Positions 41,161 through 54,609 of a stretch of 64,000 nt of DNA are shown piece after piece (position 1 is the first letter of the stretch; each line of letters starts with the position of its first letter). The DNA comes from Raillietiella orientalis. Taxonomy: Eukaryota. The notes below the pieces were generated by a model. The model saw only the letters and a list, made by a program, of their open reading frames with translations. It ran no database searches and had not been told where the DNA came from. The DNA lies in assembly GCA_036172245.1 (NCBI GenBank), contig JAYWIR010000008.1, forward strand, positions 4,712,001 to 4,776,000, in the 5' to 3' direction. Both the position numbers and the translations under genes were made by a program.

Positions 41161-44100
41161 CACACCAGCGCGAGCTCAACTCAAGAAATCACGATTCACA
41201 AATTAGTGCGGCTTATTACTGCAATTACTATCAGTGCGTTTCCAATCAACTTGATAACCGATTACCTTTTCCAAGTCAAAAAGGCTTCGAAAGAGCATGG
41301 AGTGTTTCTCTCCACTGCAAACGAGTTTATCTCTCCTGCATGTGTTGGTTCCTGTTTGCATCTTCCTCCTCTTTCGCCGCTCCAGACGTTGTTTATCCAC
41401 CGCATGACACAAGTCCTCTTCGGAAATTGTGCTAGATGAGGCTTTTTTTTTTTTTCCCCATTCTTTGAGACTTCCCGAATTTCCTGGAACATTCACCAGA
41501 ACAGAACATTTCCAAGCTCACAGAAAAGTTTTCCTAAGACAGTCTGTGCCCAAGGTGTCTTGTACAATCGTGTTCAAATATTTATTTAGAATTCTCATTT
41601 CATGCAAATTCTATGCAAAATGGTTTCTAAAGATTCTTCAGAGTGACAGAGAAAATTGAAAATTACATTCGCACGTATCTTGAATACAAAAGAAAAGCAA
41701 ATTCAGAATGTGTGTATCACAAATGTACATTCTAAAGTTCGATCCGATCTTAAGCATTCTTTCTGAAACAAGTGGTTTCCAACGCATTCGTTGTGTAGAG
41801 TATAGAAGGATTCTTCAAGAAAATACGACTCTTGAGATCTTATAAAATCACGGAAAACACATGTTTTTTTTTGTGCTTGCTCAGCAACATACATCACTGG
41901 TGTGTGAGCATGCATGAACGAAAATGTAAGACCAGCTTGTCCTTGTAGATAGTGCGTTTACAAATGAGAAGTCAGGATTACGATCCTGCGATCTGAATGA
42001 CAAAGAAAGGCATCGTGCAAGCTTGTACAAAGATGGACCGACATTTATTTTTCTAATGGGTGTAAAACCCGTCTAAGGAAACTATGTAAATGATGACGTC
42101 ACGATAGGTGGTTTCATGCAATGCCGTTTCTGTTTCCTATCAATAACGCCTTGTTCACACTATATTTGATTGCTTGCATCCCTATTCCCTGCTATACTAC
42201 ATCATGGACGTGTAAGAATGGATTTCCTCCCATTTTCAGCCTTTCTAAATGTTCTCTACGCAGAAAATACCACAAGTTCGGGTCAATATTTCAATTTTCT
42301 TTTGTGGCTCTGATCGATTTGCCTTACCAAGAATTTCCATCAAGGACGCTATCTTTTTTTTTTTTTTTTCTTTTAGAACCTGCCAACTGTAAAGAGAGAA
42401 AGCATGTTTAGATTAGATTTAAGATTTTCAAACTTATATCCAAAAAGACGATGACTTTCGAGGTTTCAAAAATCTGCATAATCAGATGCAATTTCACCAT
42501 TAGGCATACCTTATTCAGAAACTAATAACGCTAATGACCATTACCATAGTGCTGAAATTATGTTTGATACAATAATGATGCGCTCTGAGATGACTGTCAT
42601 TTCTGATTGTGCTTGACCATGCACAGCATTTATGATTTTTAGTCATTTGAAACTGGAAAGGTCTATCAATTGTCAATTTGATCTTATACTGCCCAATTAT
42701 TAGTGAATAGCTCTGTAGATGCTTATTAAGATGCCTTCCTTTAGACACAGAGTTCCTATCCCATTACAAAAGAAAAGTGCAGCTCCTGTCAGCTGTATTA
42801 TCACTGCCACGCTTGGCAGACAATAGGAAGAAAGCGTTATTAATGTGCCAATACCCTATAATAAGATGTATTTTAGAAAAGAGCATCTTTAGTTTTCGTA
42901 TTTGCAATTATTTCATGGGTTCGGGTTAAGGAGGATCTTTAATTTACTAATGATGGAGCGTTTTCGTGTACACAGAATTCAGTCAAGTGGCTAATCACAG
43001 GCGATGCTGAACAAAATGAAAGTGGTGTCTTCAATATCCGACGGGCAAGCTTCATGGACTCCGAAATCATTTTGAATTCATTTCAAACAAGAGGGTTCCT
43101 AATGATTTCGCATCTGCATCATCAGTAAGATCCATAAACAGATGACTGTGTCTAGAAATGTGATATTGTTCCTGAGTGCCTATTTTAATAATTTTGAAAA
43201 ATGTCAAGACAGGCTCCGGCCGAGAAGTAATACGTTGACTTTTATAAAGGATGTGAGCATCAACAAATGTTGATGCTCCAGCGAGCATCCATATATTCCT
43301 CAGAATGTTAATGAGTTGATTTTCCGAACTTTCTAACGAATCCATCACTTTCCGTTTCGTCTAACACTTTCCATAAAAAATGCTCCAACTTTGAGTTTTT
43401 TGATGGAAATGGGCTCAAAATTTGCAAGTCGTGCTCGCTCGATTAGTCATTCACCTGGATAGTTCAAGCCCCTATGGCAGTAATTGCAGCAATTTCCAAG
43501 AATATTCTGAAACAGTTGCAACGGCTGAAATTCTAATTAGAAACACAATGTAGAGGGAAGTCACAGGTAGCAGTAATAAAGGATTTTGAAAAGGAAATTC
43601 CACGGATGTCACTGCCATTATCAAGCAACTAGTTGTTTTTTTCTTTGTTAATGACTTTGCAGATTTTGCAGCAGGAACAGCCAGCAGCAATACCAGAGAT
43701 TGCACTACCTCTCTAAGTACCACACCTCTTGCAAAATCAGGGCAACTGTGGAACACATGGTCTGATCATAAATGTTTGACAGTGCTTGTGGATTCGAATT
43801 CAAATTCTAAAATATATATATATATTTTGCATCATTGGAACCAGGTAGCTTCTGATCTGAGCAGACCGCTCCTCAGAAAGGAGATCGACTCCTGGGAAAA
43901 TTTAGGTAATCAGAGTCTGCCTATCAGTTTTCAGAATCTCCATCAGGGAAAGGTTTCCTTTGATTTGCTTCTTCTCTTTTGCATATTCCGATTTGTGATT
44001 ATTTGTTTTTTTCTTTTTCATACATTTCTTTTCGGATAAACACAATGCAATAGAATACTGGTTAGGAAATAATCACGGAAACGTAACTGATCACATGTAC

Positions 44101-47100
44101 ACGTTAGTATGCTCAAATAAAAGTTTACGAGTCTAAACAGAGATGTGATGATTTTGAATCATCTGAACGTATTCTGACTCTTTAATAAAATTCTTTTACT
44201 TGCTAAAAGCTTTGACCTCGTAGGTATTCCGAGCATGATGAAGTTATCATGTGTGTCTTCAATTTTCAAAACTGCCAACTATCCAAGGGAAATCAATATT
44301 AGAACCATTTCAAAGAGAAATTCTCGAGTAATTTATAGGGAATGCTCATAGGAAATTATTTTGTTTCATCATTTCTCAACCGATGAAACGCCTGGGTTGT
44401 TTTAAGTGGCAAAAAATCATGGCATGTCCAAGGTGTTGCTGGATCCCGTGAATGAATTCCCAAAAAAGAACAGAAAATAAAGATATCCAAATAGGAACAG
44501 AAGTCAAATTTGAAATCCACAACAAATTTAGTGAGAGATGAATAGATTCAGCCATTCGTGTCAGTCTGTGAAAAAGAGAAAGGTAATTGAGATCTTCCCA
44601 CGATCTGCCAAGCACAAGACATATCAGCGAAACAGTTTCATTCACCGAGCTTATTCTGGTAAAAGAGTGAAGATTCAATTTTGCAGTTCATTTGAAACAA
44701 AATCCATCCGATTAAAAACGTAACTTGTCGAACTCATGTCCCAAAGTTTGACGAAAGAGAAGGGAGAGCTCTTTTTTTTTTAGAATATTCCATGAGCAAA
44801 TACGAAGAAAGCTTTATTATACCCGTATAGTACTGTGACGATTAACCAAGCCAAAAAAATAAAATAAGCTACCACATGTATTTACAGAATTTTCACATAG
44901 CATGCTCAGAAGCTTTCAGAACTGCTAGTCTCCTCATAAGTGTCGCCATATCGTACAGATACAAATCTTGGAGTGAATTTCAAAGCCATTCGTTGATAAA
45001 AACTGAGATTTCTCTTTTTTTTTTGTCCTTGTTTGTGGAATCAGAAAATGGTTCCAAGTAAAATGAATGAAACAAGTGCTGAAGAGGTCGAGTCCCTGTC
45101 GCTGAAATTAATTCAATATAATTCCCAGACTTAAACAAGTCCTTTAAATCTCGCGAAAGTATCTAATTTTCGAAACTGCCTCTATAATTCGAAACCAAGC
45201 GGATAATATTTTATCGAGCTGGCCACCAATTTAACACCAGATAAAATTTACTCAGGCGAAAAATTCTGCAATTTCATGAAGATATGGCGTATGTAATTTC
45301 ACAGGTTTTAAAATGTATTCTCCAGCCTTAGAAAGCATCTTAATCCTTAACTTTTGTTTAATTACGCTTTAAAAACAGAGCATCTGAAATGGAAAAAAGG
45401 CAGCACATTTTTTTTTTGCATGCAAAGGATCGAGAAAAGCAAGAAATAGGCAGCATCTTTCTTGGAAGCTTTTCATTAAAACCTGATTACATTTTCCTAT
45501 TTTCTGTGTCCGAAATTTTAATGCAAATACATAGCAATCTCAAAATATGATTTTTGAGTTTTCAAACTAAATCTCAAAGTAAATATTGAGTTTGGAAAGC
45601 ATTGACATATCATTTTTAAAATTCTATTAACGTTTCATCATGGGATATGATAATTTAGAATTCACTGTCTCAATGTGGGTTTCGTTGATTGTGCTTGCTT
45701 TAAGTTCGTGATAAGAATTCATGCCTTCAGAGGATTCTTTCCGATTTTTTTGCCTCCTGCCTTACTATCCGACTTTTCTCTAGGTACGAACTCAAAAGAG
45801 AAGACACTGAAAGAAGGTTCTCCGAGAGAACCCTCTCTCAGATATCTACCGTGATGCAACGATCTTAAATATCCTGAACTAACCCACAATAACAACACTT
45901 CATTAAAACTTTTGAATCTTCAACACGGACAGTTGAAGGAAAACAAAACACAAAATCAGCATTTCAATACTGCTTTGGGTTTGTCGCTGGGTGCACCCAT
46001 TCGTCTTTCAGACTGTTGCCGGATAAAGTTGCGTTCTGGAAGCATCTTTCGCTCATCTGCCCACTCTATAGAATTGCTCGAGTGAAGCTCCAATGTATAA
46101 ATCCAGCACAAGAGCACCGCTTTTCTTGTGTTTTCCCACGACATTTGCAAGTAATTTTTCACATAATTCATAAGTATTTGCGAATCGACAGATACACATC
46201 CGTGGAGTATCTGAGAGCATTTCAAGCAGACTCAAACGAAATAGACTTCTGCGATGAAGGTCTGTCATCAGATGAATTTTTTCAATAGCACCAACTCGAA
46301 GCTGCTGAGGTGAACTGATCCTTGGAACAAGTTAACGCTGGGAGGGTGAAGTAACGGCAGCTTGGTTAGGACTAGATACTTATCGGATTATTTAGTAAAG
46401 AAACTGTTAGAGAGAAGCGAGGGTACCTTACCGATCACAAAGTTGGAACTTATTTAGAGCATTAGCTTTTGTGAATAGAAATATCTAGATAATATTTGCG
46501 AGATCGCACTACAGATCAACTGAACTCAATGCTGGAGGTTCTTTGCAGTTCATAACATTGCCGGCGAGTCTCAGTATACTGCAACCCTACCAGATAAGGA
46601 ATTTCCTCAATCTGAACACTAACCGGCCGTGTCTGAGAAGTATTTGTGTCTGAAGAAATGGCAGACTTAGGGGAATGTGGTACCTTGTATAGAACCGGTA
46701 CATGGGAAAGATAAGAGACAATTCGAGAATGCCAAGCAAAAAAATGTTTCCACTCTAGACTCTGCAGTGTGGGTTGCTTGCCATCCTCTCAACTACACGA
46801 GTACTGCAGCCTTTTTGAAGCTAGGTGAATGCTCCTAGCATGGAAGCACATTTTATGCCATTCGAAACCAATAGTAGAGTGTCACAATGATCACATATAC
46901 GAAAAATCATTGTTTAAATGCAATCATTGAAGTCTTGGACTCCCATTCTCAAGATAAAGTAAATGATGGATAGGTACTCCTAGACAAAATTATTCGTTTC
47001 GTTTACAAAAAAAGAAAAAGAGGAAGGTCACGTTGAAGGCTATTTGAAAGTATAGAACAGACAGAAAATCATATTAAACACAATAAAATTTGGAAGCCCC

Positions 47101-50100
47101 GTTGGCGGGAAAGTTTGGATTTGAAATACTGATAAACGGAAAGCTAACCGTCGAATGAAATTCTCTGAGACTGTCGTTATGTTACAACACGGATGAAGAA
47201 ATAACATTCAAACCAACTTTTCATTCTGATTGAACTGTTCACATGTTGGAAGGAAAAAAAAAAAAAATTCACTTTTAAACTCTTTAAGTAAGTCTTCTGA
47301 TCGTTCTTTTGAAATTTGACTAATGAGGTTGTAGCACAATAGCATAAAAGGCATAAAGGCATGCTGGAATCTCCTGAAAAATAAACAAAAAAAATCATAT
47401 ATGTTTCATTGTATAACTTCTTTCTGTCCGGAAAAAGGCATTCTTTGTAAACATGGCAAGATTTCCTACGAGATTCGTATTATGACCGTTTCCAATACCG
47501 TAAGCAAAATACAAACAGCAGATGAAAGACTCTACCAAAACATCCTGTCAAGATGGTTTCCTGGATAGCCTGGATTTCCGATCAAGGCGAAAGTTACAGC
47601 AAATCTGATCTGTTTCTTTAGAGTTTCCTAATGTAGCAATGCATCAGCGAAAAGGAATGGAGTTTTATAAATGAATCAGCACAGAAGGACATGTCTTCAG
47701 ACCTTCGCATTCACATCGACATATTCTTCGCTTTTCTTGAAAGATGTTAAAATCATCAATGAATCATTGTGAATGAAGATATGGATTCGTTTCTGGTCCC
47801 AGCAAAATGAATTCTAAAATATTTTATTCTTTTTTCTTCTCTTTCTTCCCCAGAGTCTAGACCGCGAGAAATGTTAGCAGGGAAATGAACCCTGCATAAT
47901 GGAAGAATATTTACAAGAACGCACATTTTCCATCTTGATTTCGCAATTTTATTCGACATCGATGATTCAAATTTTCTGGCACATACCGTGGCTCCAGATT
48001 CAGGAGACAAACTGGCATCTCGAATGATTCGGAATTTCGAGCCTTCTTAAAGCAATGCGATTGGCATAGAAATATTCCCTCCCTAAGACAACTTCAAGAT
48101 TATTTCGTGGAACGGCGTTTTCCGAACCTCACTCGCGCAAGCACTGCAAGAAAGTAGTGCTGCTTGGAAGGTCCAAGGTAGTTTTAGGTGGTTGAAAGGA
48201 TTTGAGGAAATTAACTTTTTAAACAAGTATGCCGCAGATACAAATTCCTTAACGTGGTCACGCACAGTAGTCAGCCTGCATCCTTTGCACCTTGTGCTAC
48301 AACCTCATTAGTCAAATTTCAGAAGAACCATTAGAAGAAGCGTTCTGACAAGAGTATGAAAGTGAATCCCCCCCCCCCCCCCCAAAGAAACGAACAGCTT
48401 TATCAGAACGAATAGCCATTTTTGCAACCTTCTCTTTCCCATACAGACCGAATCAAGTTTATTTATCCAGCTAGTTTCTTCATTGCCTTATCTGCTCAAA
48501 GAATATCCTACGTGCATTGCTTATGTAACTGATATCAGTGTTATGTTTAAATGAATCCACATAGTTTGCGAAGCACCACATAATTAGATGATCTGATACC
48601 AGATTCTTATTTGTTCATCGTAAGTAGGGAATCCAGATTACAGCACGGATTGAAAAATAAATCACTATCAGATAGCAACGTATTCCCACAAATGATTAAA
48701 AAATGCTTATAAAAAAAATTATCTAAAGGACTGCTTTGCGAAATTACTTCAGACTATCATTTCGCCAGAAGGATGGTAAGGGATCTAAGAATTCAGAGGC
48801 TCTCAATGCAGCATTCTTCTGTGTCAAAAAAAGACGCACTGAAACTTAAAAGCGATACGCTGCATCAAAGTTTAAAAATCAAGGAAAGCATCTAAGTAGA
48901 GAAAAATATTACAAATAATTCAGATTTTGTTTTTCAAAGAGAACTGTCTTTCGCAAAGAGAATCAATAATCTTCAAATAAAGTGTAATTTTAAGGTTTCT
49001 TGCAAAGGAGAGAAAAGAATGAGGAGGAAGAAAAAAAAACTTTTGAATTGAAATAAGCAAAAAGCATTGCAATTTTCTAAAAGTTTTATGCTTTGTTCTT
49101 TCATTACGCTTTGTGAACTCAACTTTAATTTTGTAAACACTTAGCCTCTGATCAGAAAGAATGCTTTTTAAATTCTATGTGGTTTTTTTTTTTTTTTAAA
49201 GAAGGCCGTTAAATCATCTTAGTTTTAGAATTTAATTGAAATTATTAGGATATTCAACTACGCTGGTCCTTTGAGTTTCCCTCCTCCATGCAATTACATT
49301 TATCGAATACACAAAAACGATCATTCAGTAATTAGCTCATAGCTCATCTTTTGTTGATCGTTGACCGGAGTTCGTTGCATCTTTTTCAGTGGACCCTGGC
49401 AGAAATGCCTCCTGATATTTAAGAAGCTCCAACAAGTTTTTCGATTGGTAAAAAGCCCTGAGTTTATGGATCTTGACTACCTTCAAAATCCCAATGCACT
49501 GCATAGATACGCAATCTAAAAAAAAAAAAAAAAACTCGGATTACTAAGACTTCTCTAGTAACATAAATCAATAGAGACCAGTGGTCATTGCCCATAACAC
49601 TGCGATTTATTAATGTAATGGAGAAAATGAAGAATGATCGGGAAGCACGAAACATGAAACTTTGTTTTATGAAGAAATCTAAGCTAAAGAGTCGGTAATT
49701 TACATGGAACAATCCTCACTCACCTCGAGGAAATACATACACACATATATATATGTATATATGTATGCATATTCGATTCGATTAATCAAACTGCAAAAAA
49801 GAAAAGCAAAGAAAAACAGGAAAAAGATGAAGAGAAATTTGAAGAGAAATCTTTGGCAGATGCCTATGTCAACCACCGTGTTAGTCCAACTGCAACGCAT
49901 GATGTTCATACTACTGCCTTATAAAAAAGAAAACGCCTGTTGTTTGACGAAACTACAAGTGCAAGCATGGAAAAGAAATGATAAATAAAAAAAACATCTT
50001 TTCTGATTAGCATGGGCCGGGCTAAGCATAGAGATGCGAATCCCATGCCGTACGTTCATGTATGGATGCAATCGTCTGCTGTCTTCCAAATTACGAGAGA

Positions 50101-53100
50101 CTATGATACATTCGTCCGACAAACTTTGGTAATAGCGAGGGAAAGGAAATGAGGTCATCCAGACTCAGAGACATCGCTTCACACACTGGAAGATAAGAGC
50201 AGAGAAATCAGGAGGGTTCTGTAAAGTCTACAAGAACACAATATTAGGATATCAGCTTCGTTTCATTCGGGTCCACTGGGCAGATTCTGCAGGAGTTTCA
50301 AAATTGAAACGCTGATTAAGCAATGATTACACGGAAATACGTGCGAATGTTCACTTATAAACGATAGATTATTAACACTGAAGAGTAGTCCGTTTTGCTA
50401 AAGCACAAGAGTGGAAACCATAAAGGGCAAAGAACTATTTCTATGTTGCAAGAAGCTCATCGCAGAAATAGGAATAGAAACTGAATTACCAATGAGGATT
50501 TCGAAAGAGCGGAAATCATCAAAGTCGAACAAAGTTTTGCGTCATGAAAATCAGAAAGATTGCTTCAAAGAGAAGAATCAGTTCAAATTTTGCATAGGGA
50601 ATAATTGCCTTGTGTCCTACGTTTGCATGTTCTTAGTCTTTTTGTTTACATCTCCTCAAGCAATTTCCTCTTGTCACTCTCAGTTTGAATTGTGTTGTCC
50701 TTCCGCAAGCTTTTCCTTCACTGGTTCCTTTTCCATATAGACTCATGTTTTCATCAAAATTGGCATGTTTATTTAGCTCCTTAGCATTGACGCAGAAATA
50801 TTAATCACTCTTCTTTGCAAGCATCCTAAGAATGTCACTCTTGTCCTTCAAAACTCTTCTTGAAAAGGAAAAAAATAGTGCAGTCATCATCTGTCGTACA
50901 TTTTTGCTGTCCATGTTTCTCTATCGTTCAAAATCGTTTTTCCAATGGTGATTTTATTCTGCTGCTATTCTTTGCTTTTGGAATCCTATCCATTAAAAAA
51001 TACGAGGAGTCGGCTACTTTTTAAACTGATCCGAATCTTCACCATAACTCAAAGGTTGAACATAGGGGAAATGAACAAAACTTCTATCATGATGTTTCTG
51101 ATAAGTATCATGCACTTCCGATTAATGATAGCACATAAAGATAGTAAAATATTTTTTTGAAAGCAAATTACTTTGATATTCCTAAGCACTCACAATACAG
51201 GAGCGCTCCCACATCATGAATCTTTGAATCCGTTCTCTGGCTTGCACTCGGATGAAAGATAAATTTCGAATGAAGCTTCTCTAATTCTGCTTATTCCAAA
51301 TGATGCACATTTCCCATCTTGGAGCTGGAGATGGTGAGCAAAGACGTTCCTCGGAGTGTCGGTTTCGTCTCGATAGAATTTCGTTTGAAACTAATTTAAT
51401 ACGTTGTGTTTGTCTTGGTTTAGACGATATTCTATTTTGTTCACTGTTTCCTTTCACTCTGTGCAGTTTCAGGAAAGTTCCACTCACGGTTCACTTTACA
51501 GACGATTTCGACGATACTCAGCATGATTCTGTAGATGATGCAAACCTTCTTCTCTTCCTCCGTTAATCATAGTCTGCGGATTTTTATTCTTTCAATCCAA
51601 GTGTGTCCGGTGATTTCATGAATCTGTAAAAGGATGCACAAACTCCACAGTGATTGGAAACTGTTCACAGCTACCACCAATATTTAGATAAGCATGACTA
51701 GCTGAAACAACAAATGCAGCTTGAAAACGTGCTCAGTCTGAGCAACTTTATACAATGTTGTGCATGTCTTCAGCGAATTCAGAAATATGTAGATTTAGCA
51801 TTCAAAAAGGTAACAACGCTGAAAATAAATACATAAACAAACCGTTTGGTATAAAAAACTCTAAAAGAAAATCCTATACCGAATACATGAGAGAAACTAA
51901 AAAAGATGGATCAAAGGTTCCATGATCTGTAATATGGATCTGTATACGGATTCATAGGGGTGCTCTATTTATATTCAGAGTATGCAAGCGTCCAAAGAAC
52001 TGAGGTCACAATGATACCATTTTCGTCTCGGCATCTCACATGCAACTCATACCATATTCTGAACTAGCTCAGTTTAAATTAGGATTTGAGAATATGTCTA
52101 CACTTACTATATAAAATGGCAATACGAGCCTTTCAATTTATAAGGCCATTTTCTTTTTCATCTCCCATGCGCTCATTCAGTCAAACCAGTACGGGCACAT
52201 TTCGTTTTGGAATTTCTTTCATTTTCTACTTTGTTGCACTTGTTATAACTTGTTGCTTCAAAAGATCTAAAAATTAGCAGATTTATGCTCTCGTTTAAAG
52301 AAAGTGACCAGGGAGTCGAACTTGAGGGAAATTCTGGCGCGCAACGTTAATTTTCTCATTTATGTCTCATAAGCTTTAGAGCGTCCCTCCCCATTCAGTG
52401 TACTTCGGAGTATGTTAAAAGCGTTGATCCTCAAACTTGAATCACTGAACTACTTCCCTCTTTTTCCCACCAAAAGACTGCGAACGTTGAGGTTAGCAGT
52501 ATCTAAGATGATCCCTCTATCGCGAGAAAATAGAGATGCGCAACACGACCCTCGAGGAGACACTGCGTGGCTGTCCTAGATCGAAACAAGTAGACTTCAG
52601 AGGTAGTTCTTTGGGACAGCTTCTGATTTCCTTTTAGATGATTTATGGGCTGGTAACTTAGTTTCTAGGTTGCAAAAAGGATGCTCTCCTAGCAGCTATT
52701 TGTAACTCTGCAGGGACAGATGAAAAGCAATTCTGCAAAAAAAAAAAAAAAAAAAATTGGTGAAGATTCGACGGAAATACCGCCTGACATTTTGTATTAC
52801 TGTTTGAAAAGGTCTCAAAGCACGTCAGTTTACGAACACTTTTGCTGTACATACACCTTCTATCAAGTATACTCTATAATTACCCATTTCCAAACCTGAA
52901 ATTTGCATGCAAAACACCATTTCCTAGTTATGCTTTCAAAGGAAAGCTTCGGAGGCTGGTCTGATTCTGCAGCTCAGGAAAGCAGCCTGGCAAGGCACAC
53001 ACATGCGTGCGCTGGTGCAGCAACACTTCACCGAAACACTCCTCTGCAAGGTCGTTGTGGTAGAAGCACAAACGACTTCTCTTGAGACTGATAACACCAA

Positions 53101-54575
53101 TGTTTATGAGTTATTCGAGTTGCAATGAGTACTAATGCAGCATCAACACTGCTGTGGATCCTTGTTTGGCGCTGTATTAGATTTCATTAGTGATAGGTAT
53201 AATTTATTTGGGTGATCCTGCATATTAGAAAGTACCTCTCCATGATGCTTTGTTGCAGCATCTTTTGTCAAAGACAACGTAAATACAATGAATGGAAATC
53301 GGAAAATGCATTATCGATACGAGTCCCTAAATTCGAATAGCTTTGAAACGCAAATGAAAGAAATGGAAAGGATTAAAGAAATCTTCTGTTTTCCAACATC
53401 ACAAACCACACTAGTAACCAACAAGTTTCATTGCAACAGTGCTTTAGAAAAGTTCGTAGGATCATTCCATATAACAAGAAACATGCTGTCACTTTCCATG
53501 GCTCTTATCGAGTTGGTTCTCTTGTTTTCAATGCCCTTTTTCGAAGACTTGTCAATCGTCACTCTACAGATCTGAGATCCAACGTTCAAAACAGAGCTAA
53601 AGATCACAACTGCTAAGATAATACGTACATCCACCATTATATTCGTTTTCGCCATCAGTGTTGTGTTCGGTGGTAGACACAGCATGAGCAGAGTTATTCC
53701 TAAGACATGAGCCAGGATTAGCAAAAATCAAAACGGTTGCGAATGAAATTATGCTCTTGATACCCCTCGAAAGCACTGGCTCGTATTCCTATCTTCTGAC
53801 TTCTATTCAATTATAATTATTATGGACATCTTATCTGTATATGTGTACATATACATACATATATAAGAGCCGAGTGTCATTTTATTGGATTCCACGCTCA
53901 TTTCGCATCCCTGAAAGTGTTCGCAAACAAATTGTTATGGCTCCTGAAACACGCTCAAATTAAGGGTGTGCACATGTGTACAAAATTATTGGATAGGTGG
54001 AATTTTGGATCCTCAGACTGCACCTCTTGAACAAAGTGAAAGCACTTTTATGAATCTGCCACTTAGAATTATATACATAAAAGCAAGTAAGTGCGTTGCA
54101 CGGGAGAAGAAGGAACTCTGAATACGAAAAATAAGAGGCTTGTTATTCTTTAGACTGAAACGAGCGAGGATTCTATCACTGTCGATACCGAATCACACTT
54201 CTTTGTACAGAAAATATTCAAACCTTTGAACGGACTACCGTACACTGTTATGGGCTTCCTAGCTGGGATCGCTGCGTGCTGAAAGACGCCCTATGGGAAG
54301 GATGTTTCATCCGTGGTGCACTTGCGTCCTTGTTAAAGTGTTATCGCAGTGTTCAATCAGACCAGTTTCACTTCATTAGAGATTTGAAATGGGGACTCAC
54401 ATGATGCGGCTTCGTCAGAAAACACGCTTCTTTCTAAGTAGCTCTCGGAACAACATGTCGGATGCGGGTCTTGGTGCCAGCTGGGAACTTTATTAAAGCT
54501 CTCTCTGCACTGATGACAAGCAATATGATAAATCTGTCACCTAGGCGAATGCTGCGGAAGTGATCGAAACTTCGT

Positions 54576-54609
54576 CTCATCCGGTCTGCAACAATGCAGA
54601 CCGGATGAG
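54576..54609. repeat. Perfect inverted repeat, 15-bp stem and 4-nt loop
   Basis: CTCATCCGGTCTGCA-ACAA-TGCAGACCGGATGAG; the arms are exact reverse complements. Confidence 0.95.

Noticed and set aside
43480..43760. CpG-poor patch with LLDNGS and CxxC-like words on the minus strand (Bel/Pao gag-protease relic?)
   Set aside because: Multiple stops and wrong motif spacing; indistinguishable from chance by eye.
54087..54153. GTAAGT...TTCTTTAG 67-nt intron-like segment on the plus strand
   Set aside because: The two frames I checked across the junction hit stop codons and nothing recognisable results; at best non-coding.
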